A DNA stretch of 57,759 bases, counting the filler, from Sphacelaria rigidula (taxonomy: Eukaryota): NCBI GenBank assembly GCA_964200075.2. It is 9 parts of 9 records of this genome, joined end to end, with 100 filler letters (N's around TTAATTAATTAA, not from the genome) between each part and the next. Parts side by side here need not be neighbours in the genome. Positions count along the whole stretch, not along the records: positions 45,004 to 51,331 come from CAXNAA020020746.1; positions 51,432 to 57,759 come from CAXNAA020020747.1; 7 more parts are not named here. The stretch is one strand, 5' to 3'. Of this stretch, positions 48,001 to 57,759 are shown one piece after another. The notes under the pieces are model-generated. The model saw only the letters and a list, made by a program, of their open reading frames with translations, was not told the origin of the DNA and searched no databases. Positions within the stretch are counted from its first letter, which is position 1. Each line of letters begins with the position of its first letter. A program made the position numbers and the translations under genes.

Positions 48001-49685
48001 GCGTCAACAGGCGTCGCGCCTGGCGCTGCTGCCGGTGTCGCCGCCGGCGCCACCACCGGCGCCGGCGCAGTGTCCGACTCTGTAGAAGTCGGGCCCACCT
48101 GCACCGCCCGTTGCGGGGCAGCAGACTCTACGGCGGCGCTGGACCCAGAGCCAGGCCCATGCTGACGCCGCTGCCCCTGCTGCTGCTGTTTCTGCTGCTG
48201 GTGCGGCTGCGGCTGAGGGCTGGCCTGTCACCCTCCATCGCCGGAGGATCCACCGCCCCCACCACGATCACCACGTCTTTCGCCCTTGTGCTGACGATGC
48301 TGATGGCGCGCGGCCCAAGACTGCCCAGATTCTCCGCCGGAAGACGTTGGGCAATCGCGCGCGTAATGACCGACCTGGCCACAGCGGTGGCAAGTAATAC
48401 TCGCGGCGTGACCAGCCGATTTCGAGCCATGGTTGCGCAAAGATTTCGGCGAGGAGGTGGACGACTGGCCGAACACCTCTATTTTCCGCCACTCCTTGAC
48501 CTCGGCCACGACGGTGCTCATCACCAGGTACGGGTCGTTCTTCCCATCTGATTGGTGCTGCAGCTTGACAAGCACGGCTTGCTTGAACGTTTCTGGTGCC
48601 GACCCCTCCACCAAAGCCTTAGTGATTACTGCTGCCGGCCCGGGAATAAACCCACCATCGGGGGAGCGATATACTACTTCTACGTTCAGATTTTTGGTAA
48701 AGTACTTCTCCAAATTAGCCAAGATGGGCTCCACACGCTCCAACATCGTTTTCCCCCGAGAATCTATTGCGGCAGCTGTTGCCGCGGCCGGGACGCTTGG
48801 GTCAGATCTACCTTGGCGCCCGCCGCATGCCCTGCATGACTTTTGATTGTCGTAACCAATTGCGGCGAAGTGAGAGTGCTCTCATTAAAATATGTTCCAA
48901 ACGAGCGAACACTCTCTGTACATGAGTGGGCACTTGTTGTGCCATAGTCACCACCTGATGCCGCACGGCACCCCCTGCATTAGCGTGTTCCACAGCCTCT
49001 TGTATGCTCCAAGCATTTTGTATAAAAAGTGCGAGATGCACTCTCTGAGTACCTGTCCCCGTATTGGGGAGGTCGCAATTCTTCCCGCATGACCGAGGGT
49101 GTCACGGTGGACGTACCTCGTGAGCCAGTAGCCATAGCTGTAGCTGTAACCGGCTACCTGCGAACCTCTGCAGGTCAGCGGACCTTCGCGAATTGCACTT
49201 TCCTTGCTTCGTCGCCGCACCACACAGTCGTAGGAGCCTCCAAACTCCCGCTGCACGCAGCTTCAGCAAGTCTCCAGTCTGGATCAACCACAGGCTAGTC
49301 GCCTTTCTGCAGCCGCCTCCGCTGGAACCCTCTCCACGCGTCCGTGGGTTATCAGGTTTCCACAGCTACCAATCTCCTTCCGCCGAATTCCTTTCAGCAG
49401 ATTTCTAGCACTAACACCAGCACTAGCACTAATATCGACATTGTGACGCCAGCCAGTGGAAGTACTGCTACTGCTGTAGAGGGACTCGCCGGTTTTACTG
49501 GTCTCAGTTTCAGTTGCCAACCTTTACAACATCTCATTATTCAGGAGTGATCTTCCAGGCGGCTCCATTAACCACATCAGGGTATCACCCCTGTGTCCAT
49601 GTCATCATCCATATCATCACTACGAATCTCCAGCCATCATCCAATCATCACTATATACTCAACGTGACGTTGTGATTTCGTCACA
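45004..49685 (-). mobile_element. Ty3/Gypsy LTR retrotransposon related to 19854-24607, protease deleted, 3' end cut by contig end
   Basis: Gag with intact CHRCGQVGHYARDC, RT (LDLLQGYWQ, PQGVLNA, IWVDDV), RNase H (DAS, FTDHRNL, N..GDLLSR) and integrase (AHMRDAGYRG, IMDDLSNF). Frameshifted. Confidence 0.93.
49442..49685 (-). repeat. Probable 5' LTR (244 bp)
   Basis: TGTGACG...CGTCACA inverted termini upstream of gag, with TATA-like GTATATAG on the minus strand. The partner LTR is not in the contig. Confidence 0.75.
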
Positions 49686-49706
49686 GCCTCCAGAAGCTTG
49701 TTTCGC

Positions 49707-49930
49707 CTCTGAAGGGCCGCGCATCCCTCCGGAGGAATTTAGAGGATGCGCGGCCCTCCAGAGCACCATCTTCTCTGTTGCTCTCCAGGGATTCAGACCT
49801 CAGAAATCGCTGGAGCATCAGATGCCCTTCAGAGGATTCGTTTTTGACCGCACCTGGGGATGAAATACCCTCTAGAGGGCATTTTACCCTCGAGAGGATA
49901 AAAACCGCGATAGAGGATTTTCATGGGGGT
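49707..49930. repeat. Hairpin and CCCTC.AGAGG palindromic repeats, probable MITE remnant hit by the Gypsy
   Basis: CTCTGAAGGGCCGCGCATCC pairs with GGATGCGCGGCCCTCCAGAG. Several CCCTC(T/G)AGAGG units. The end TTTCATGGGGGT is shared with 28619-28630. Confidence 0.55.
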
Positions 49931-52900
49931 AGCCGAATGGCCGCGTGTGTATGGATGGGTGGGCTCAGCATTATAACTACAGCGTCCAGTGCAGTACAGA
50001 ACGGTGCAGCACAGTGTCGTGCCGTAGCCATCAGGATCATGGTGTCTCCTGTCTCAGCACACGTCCCTTGCTCTATTTCTGTTTCTCTGCTCTTCGTCTA
50101 TGTATAGAAGCTACTGGATGTTCGTTTTTTCAAAAATCAAAGCCGTATGTGCTCGCTTTTTAGTTGTATTGTAGTACTGAACGCATGGCCGCATAGAAAA
50201 CAGGGCGCAACTGACCTGGGATGCAGTCCGTGCAGTATTCCTGACGTTTTCATTTCTCTCAGAGCAAGCCGCGCGCTCTATTAGTGCTGTGTCTGGACAT
50301 ATCCACGAGTTTCAGACTACATTCAAGAAGACCCCCTTCATAACGGAGTTCAATATCGCGGTAAGGTTGGACCTACTTTCAGAACTTCGATATTTTTGGT
50401 GTAAAAAGTTGGAACAACGAAAGCCCTTTCGCCTACGTAGTTTATTTGCAATGAGAGCTAAGCAAGCGTGTGGCTTGGTGTTCTCCGAAGTATGATCATG
50501 TTGCTCGCTGCCAGAACAGCAACGATGCGGAATGCGGATAGGGTCATGTGGTATAGAACTCACGACCAAGGAGACAAGGTACCTCTGGCAGCGCTTAGCT
50601 GCTGCTGACGTGGCCCACATGCGGGCTGGCATAATGTAAGCTGCGACCTGCGGTGCGCTGTTTCTGATGTATTCAATGCGAACTGGGGGGAGGGGGGGGG
50701 TCATACCTTTGGATTTTTTATTGCCGCTCACTCTGCAGAGGCTACCACAAGTTTCGCCTGAGGCGAAACATGGTTCCACTACGAGCAAGGGCGTTCTCGT
50801 AACATATGGAGTACTTGTCGTTTCAACTTTTGGCCTACGCCGTCGAAAACTGGCCGAAAAGGTCTTGTCTGAGATAGGTTGGGTTAGGTAGCGATTCAGT
50901 GCCGCTGTTGTTCCTCGCTCTAAAGCCCATACAATTTATAGTCGCGAATCGGACCCAGCGATGTGCACGCACCGGGGTGTGTTTGGGTACGTGAAACAAC
51001 TAACAGCCTGGATTTGTTTTCGAGGTTCTACATTTGGTTGAGGTTGAAGTCGCCATCGAATTTTTATTCGTTTCGTCCAAAAGGCTCGGGATTCGCAAGC
51101 GATTTCGACTGTGTAACCCTAACCCAGAAGTTTCTGTACGGAAGCGCAAGCATGACGAGCAGTCCAACAGAAAAACCAGCGTCATTGTGCGGCATCGTTT
51201 GAGCAGGGCCTGCGTCTAAGCGCTACGGAACACGTAACGAAGCATGCTGAAAACATACTTCTTTGGACTAGTCATCGAGTTTTCGACCGCCTCTTGTTGA
51301 GTATCTGAGAGAGACTTCATACTGTTGCGTCNNNNNNNNNNNNNNNNNNNNNNNNNNNNNNNNNNNNNNNNNNNNTTAATTAATTAANNNNNNNNNNNNN
51401 NNNNNNNNNNNNNNNNNNNNNNNNNNNNNNNAGACCCCGGTAAATACCGGGGGTACGCTCGGTACGGTACCTTACCTGCGGTGCCTGTGAAGTCTTGGAC
51501 AAATGGCGGTCGTGGTCACTAGTAGAAGCCAAGTCTTGAGACGTGTAGTCGCCAGAGTGGAAGACTGAAGCTCTGTCGGAGTTTACTTCTTCGTGTACAG
51601 GAGAAGTAAGAGTGAATGGTTTTGGAGGAAGTGATGAAAGAAAACGCTGACGGCTTAAAGATTTGTAAGGAGCCAAGGCCGAGTGGAGAAATATTTTCTT
51701 CGGTTGGTTGCGTCATATTAAATTGAAAAGGTAGAAATGGACGCTAAACACGAGAGTACAAAAGGCTGGTGTAACAAAAGCAGGTAGCGCAAGCTCGAAA
51801 TAATGCAAGTACCGAAAGATTGAGCAGTAAATACTATAAAAAATTCAAAGGTGGGTAAACCGAAGTACAGTAAACTGCTGTGATGATAACAATCAGCGTA
51901 ATCTCGGCAATTTTCAGGCACCGAAAGGGCAAACAGCAGGGCAAACATATGAAGAACTGAAGCTAAACGCCGAAAAGGGAGGAACTGCGGCAGAAATACG
52001 ACACTTGTAGAGGAATCCGTGTATGGGGGACCGCAAGGAGGCGCACTGAAGGTGTACCACAGGTGTTCATAGTCGCAGAGGAACAAACTCACAGACAAAA
52101 CCAATGGTTGTCGCAAGAAAGGTGGGCGGCGCGAGAGCAAAACCTGACAATGAGGTGACTGTGAAAGGAGGCAGACACCCGGACAGATATCCGACGGGCG
52201 CAATGTGCACGTCAAATACAACAGGGGTACTTCAGTGGCCAGGCACACACTGCACAAGGGTACTTCAATGGTGCAATGAAGACACCGCACACAGGAGGTG
52301 TAGAAAAACACAACTCGAGATCGCGAAGGTGGACACGAAGGCTAGTGTAGATCACGTGGCCAAAGTGAAGGCGGTGTGTAAATAAATTTGGAATTCAATA
52401 CAAAAAGAGAGTCAAAAGGGTGGCAGCGAGGGTGCGAAACGCTGAAGTCAAGTGCAGGGGTCCAAGAGGAAACAGCCGTAGGAGCCGACTGAAACACTAA
52501 TGGTGGTGCAGATCAGGCGCCAAACTGAAAAGACTACAGGGGGGTACGAAATTTCTAAACAAAAACAACAGTAAATCGTAAAACGAACCAGGTAGTACAC
52601 CGCCAAAGAGGAAAAGGTGGAATACGTGGGGTGTGATCAAGGGCGGATCAAGCAGGAAGAACCAAAAGGGAAAAATGTGTCGCGTAGTACACACGCGAAA
52701 CATGAAAGATGTATCACCCAGTACACACACAAAGGGTGAAAAGCGCGTCGCGTAATACACAACCCAAAGATGAAAAGTGGATCGCGTAGTGCATACCCAG
52801 CGAAAGATTTAGAAGCGGGGCTGGGGTGTCGTAAAAACCTGATGGAGGGTGCGGTGACAGAAGCCCGATAATTGTCAATTGTGTTAGGGCAGATTGTCAC

Positions 52901-54199
52901 GCGGAAGAACAGATAATGTGCACTACAGTACTGCGACACGGTGGAGCGGCAGTTACGACCTACACAGTTGTTGCACCGAAAAAGTAAGGGTGTGGGTTGC
53001 AAGCGGGAACCAAAACACGAAAACAGTCAGTGTCAAGGGTGAGGAGACACTTCAAGATAGACACAGCAGCGGCACACAAGTGTCATCGACGTCCTGCAAG
53101 GAGAGAGGTTTAGTCTCTTGCGCCGTAAGATAAAATCGGCGTGTTTTGGATCTGTCCACCACTAAGGTATAATGTCAACTGCCTGCAAGGGGCACAACGA
53201 GCAAACTGACACAGCGCTGGACGTATTCGTCGAGCGATGCGGAGCAGGAGGACAATGACAAGGGAGCAAGGGCACTGCAGATGAAGAGTGCGAGCACAGC
53301 AAAAGGAGCGACCAGAGCAAGAAAAGGACACAAGACGGAGTGTGCCAGCGGTGGAGGTACAATTGTAGCTGTTGCGGCGGAAATGCAACTGAAGGGATGC
53401 GGAAAGACAGCACTGTCACACAGCAAAAAAGAAAGCACTCTAAAAGCTAAATGAAACCAAGGACTGTTGAAACTGCTACTAATACAAGAGGAAAATTACA
53501 GGGTGAACCAAAAGCGACGAGCAGCAAACGTGGGCTTCAGAAAGAGACAGCTAAACAAGGCAACGAGGCTACAAGAATACGAGTGAACGGCTACTGAAAA
53601 ACCAAGCAAGACGCGGCCGATGAAGTCAACGCCAGTGTAATAGGGATAGGTATGGACAGGCTCCACACACCTTCCTTGATAGACCAATGTGCTGCAGGCT
53701 ATGCACAAGGTGCAATGATGTGTCCGAGAGATACTTGTTTCACACACACAGGTTCACGTGACTGATGGTCAACAGTAGCAAACAGACAAAAGGAGCTCGA
53801 AGGCTTGATATCTTGTAATTCTCGCTTATTATTCTCCTACTCGCCTAGCGTACTGCTCTCATCAAAGATAAAGTAGGAGCAGATGGTCCAGCTCAGAGGG
53901 CAGCTCAGAGAGTGACCGAGGATGCATGCAACGCAACCTATCTGACCTAGGTCCGAGAAGGCGTTCCTCCCTCTCGGGGCTAGGGTACGCAAGCCTGCAT
54001 GCCAATCTTTCCCAAAACCATGGGAGTAATCCTCATGGACAGTTCGGATGATCTGTAAGCCAACCTGCCCCAAAACTGTCTGTAGGAACAGATAACGCCT
54101 CTCTATCTTCCTTCCTCATGACAGTACCGTCGTACCCTAGGGTCCAATGCAGTACAGTACACTCCACAATCGTAGTACACGGCAATGCTGTGTGGTAAT

Positions 54200-54480
54200 A
54201 CATGACGATACAGTCGATATTGCGAGAACAATTATGCTCGTGAATGAAGGCCTTACCGACCCAACATTCGTTGCCCACAAAAAATGAAATAAATGCGGAC
54301 AGATATTAAAGATGCATTGAAGACGTCATGGAAGACTGGTCTAGCCTGTGCCAAAACTGTGCCGAACCTCTGCTGAACGTGACACACGCTCCATCCCAAG
54401 TCACCCAGGTTTAGTATGCGACAGCTGTGAATTTTATATCGCTATCATCTCGATACAGGAAACATACCGGCCGCTGAAAC
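54200..54480 (-). mobile_element. Possible decayed Mutator/FAR1-type DNA-binding domain fragment
   Basis: CIFNI... then (frameshift) GNECWVGKAFIHEHNCS resembles C.f.i...W.v..f..eHnC. No catalytic domain was recognised. Confidence 0.3.
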
Positions 54481-55413
54481 TTCACAGCCCCCCGCACACA
54501 CACTAGACGTACGAGCTGGGCCAGCCAAGACACGGATTTAAGCTCTCAAAGCAATATCTCGTCGACACGGACGAGTTGGGCCATGATCCGCATGTTGTTT
54601 CAATCGTCTAACCAAGGGGAAGGTGCCCATCTGCTCAGAGTTTTGGGCCCATATTTTCTAGTTGATTAAAGCCCATGTCTAGTAATTCCTATACCTAAGG
54701 GAGGTAGCCTCAATACTAAAATCTCTGAAACCCTCGATCGATGCATTCAGCGGATGACAACGAATTTTGGTGTGGACATCCCCTGGAGCACGGGGAGACG
54801 ATAGATACCCTCAGCTTCACCTAATTCGTAATCTATCTCGAGATATGGCGCACATAACTTTCCTGACTGAAACCAGTATATTACGAGCAGATGCGCTAGA
54901 TTAGCTAAACCTGGATATCGCGTCTCAGTTTTTGAGAGTTATGCTATAAAATTTCGTATGGAGAACCGCTAGTGCATAATAAAGCTTAAAACACACTTTT
55001 TTTTCCTATAATTTTTTCGTTTTTTTTTTTTTCATTTTTCTTGGGTTTTTGGGGAAGTTTCGAGGAGAAATGAACACTGCTTTCGGGCCTTATCTCATTT
55101 TTTTAACTCAATTTTTAGAATTGTAATTTGAAACTCAGGAGAAAGAACCACAGAGGTATGCTGAAAATAAAAAAATGGGCCCTCAGTTTTTTGGGGGGAG
55201 AGGTTCGGGCATTCTCGTCAAACAATGGCGGTTTCCATACTAAAACGCCCTAAACCAATGAAAAAATAAGAAAAAATCAACATGACCCACTTTGTTCCGT
55301 CAATTATGCCCTAGCCACGGCCCACACAAAGTTTCAATACACAAACACCAAAGGTGGGCCGGTAAGTGGCCCGCAAAATACTGCTCCGAATTTTTCTGAC
55401 CCCGTCACTAAAC

Positions 55414-55696
55414 GGCTCATTACACGGCCAATACTTAGAGTTGAACCCTGAAATTTGGTATGGAAAATGAATATGGCATAATAAAAAAAAATACCAGTAC
55501 CCAGAAGTTTTTTTTTTCTCCATTTTTTTATGAGATAATGGCAATAATCAGTTTTCAGATATCGGTAAAATGCCCCTAACTCATGGAAAAATATAAACAA
55601 ACCTCGTGTGCGCAGGTAATTTTTTTCATTATGCCCCATTCATTGTCCATACCAAATTTCAGGGTCCAACTCTAAATATTGGCCGTGTAATGGGCC
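55414..55696. mobile_element. MITE-like element with ~80-bp inverted termini
   Basis: GGC(T/C)CATTACACGGCCAATA.TTAGAGTTG.ACCCTGAAATTTGGTATGGA.AATGAAT..GGCATAAT on both strands. No TSD seen. Confidence 0.75.
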
Positions 55697-57759
55697 TGGA
55701 AACTACAGAATCGCTTCTCGGCTGGCCCAGTTCGTAGGGATTTTGAAAAGCGGAGTTGCTAAATCGCCACAGCGGATCCGAAAAGCCCCAGAACGTTGCA
55801 GGAAACGCTCTTTATAGTACTGTCTGTGTTTGGTGCAGCGATTTGCAAAGTGCTGCGTCCTCCACGGCACGCATACGGCGTCCCCCGCGGCACGCGTATG
55901 GAAACCTTTTCAAATTCACTAGTTCTGGTGATTGGGAAGCGCAGGCATCAAACCGCAGTCCAATCACCTGCGTCGTTGTCGAGAAAGTAGGGTTAAAAGA
56001 TAAGCACAACAACATATTGCAACAAGAAGAGCACAACAACAACACGAGCAGCAGCTTTTATCCTCCTGTTATTATACTCCTGTGTACAGGTGTACACCAA
56101 CGTCCGTCACAGGTGTGTGGTAGAATGTACTATAGCAATAATAGTACATTTTGTATGAGCGCCGTCGTCATTTCAAGTGACGCGTGTACTTGTGATTGAT
56201 ACTGAGTGACTCATGTAGGTTTCATTTCTTCCGCATTCAACTGCACTGACTGTTGAGTTGGTCGGTCCATTTTCCCCGTATATAGTGCCTAAAATCGGGC
56301 CCCATTCACGGGCATAACAATGCAAAGTGTGCGACAAGAGTTCACGAGTGCAGTGCCATTCATCGCCCTTCAAGTACAGCGACAGCAGTAGGATAGTACC
56401 ATCCCGTCTGCTATGATACACACAGACAGTAGCGCAGTGCAGCATAAAATATTATCATCGCACCAGGGTGCGGCGTCAACACTTCCTATCTGCTTGTCAA
56501 ACCCCGCGCGAAGTGCCGCGTGCGAAGCGCAGCGCTGCAAGCACAGACACTTCAGAAGTGCAACACTGCAGAAAGTACAACAATACAAGTACACACACTC
56601 TGCACCCCAAAAGGCTCGCATGCGGCAGCGGTGCTGTCGGCAATGTAGCTCTATACACCGTCTAACGGGAGGACTCACCTTAATATATGCTGGCATCGGT
56701 TTCCCGGCCGGTTCGTGGTTGCTCTCTCCTCTATCCCTATGCAAAGCTTTTATAACCGGGAAGTCGATCACGTACTTTAACACCCCCTCCACCTTAGCCA
56801 AGGACGGCGTCGGTACGCACAAGCGAAGGCAACGAAGGAAGCAGCAATGAAGCTGAATCTTCTTGAGGGTGTTGAGAGCGATTCGGAGAGCCGGTTTCTG
56901 CGTCTGATGCCTCCAACCTCCAGAAGTGCCTCGATTGAAGCTGCGACAATCAATTCTGAGAAGTTCAGTCAAGACTCGCTCTGGTTAAAAAGGGATCGAA
57001 TTGGGGTATTCTCACGTTCGCCCAGAGACATAAGCGAAACACAACGCCATGATCACAATGGAGCTGAAACCTGTTGATGGCGTCTCGATTGATGTTAGAA
57101 GAGCGATGGGATGGTTTTTTCGCGCAGCGCAGCTTCGAATCAATTCGGGAAGAAAAAGTGCGTGGTTCGGAGCTTCATAACGAGGCCCGGAGGGATAGGA
57201 CAGGACACGACACTTTTTGAATTTCGGTTCAGTAGAAGCGTTTTCAGCCCCAAGGGGTTGAAAGGAATAAATGCAAACGAGCGCTCTCTTTTCTGTTCTC
57301 CATATCAAACAAGGGAAAAGTCGGCAGCATACGTCCTACTTTTCCACTATTTTTTCATTGTCGGCTACACAACGAAGTATACTCTCCAGACACCTAAACG
57401 CCAACGCCATGGAATTCCACAGCTTGTAGGAAAAATTGGATATGATGAGAAGAGGTGACCGTCTACCCTTAGACGAGAAATTTGGCGCCAAATCTGCTAC
57501 CTTCGCGAGCAACTCTGCTTGCCTGCTCTCTCCACTCTTGGTTGACGGCACTGGGGCGGCCGTTGGTGCAGCAGCAGCCGCCGTAGTAGATACAGATACA
57601 AACGGTGTTGGAAATTGACACAGCCAGAAATCTAGCTGTATATCTTTTGTGTGTGAGTTTTTACTCTGTAGCAGATTAGCGGGTCAATACGTCTCGGTTC
57701 AACTAGGAGCCACCCAATATTGACCAAAGGTTCAAGTGCTGTTTTTTCTGTAGATACTT

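Noticed and set aside
56850..57551. Coding remnant at the end of contig 9
   Set aside because: The ORF pieces on both strands show no motif I recognise and no convincing splice structure.

Overview
Repeat-rich eukaryotic nuclear DNA. It is most like a brown alga (stramenopile), which is inferred from the intron style, the ~50% GC and the element families, not proven. The window is not a continuous locus. It is nine unplaced contigs of 6329/6328 bp, sorted by size and joined by artificial N44-TTAATTAATTAA-N44 linkers, so each must be read alone. Contig 1: tRNA-derived SINE and a ~38-copy 103-bp tandem array. Contig 2: an internally deleted Copia nested in the RT of an older Copia. Contig 3: two exons of an F-BAR-like gene, a Helitron-like remnant and a foldback MITE. 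Contig 4: a chromodomain Gypsy with both LTRs and a 4-bp TSD, inserted between the A and B boxes of a tRNA-SINE. Contig 5: four spliced exons of a bacterial-type NAD+-dependent DNA ligase (LigA) with a ~100-aa insertion. Contig 6: a 2.1-kb frame with five Myb/telobox-like repeats broken by one in-frame TGA, plus a decayed LINE. Contig 7: three exons of exocyst Sec15/EXOC6. Contig 8: a related Gypsy lacking protease. Contig 9: mostly unassigned degenerate sequence and a MITE. The best leads are the intron-bearing LigA, the five-Myb protein, the Gypsy-in-SINE insertion, and a retroposon tail that sits just upstream of a 3' splice site in all three genes with multiple spliced exons. All calls are manual and no database search was run.
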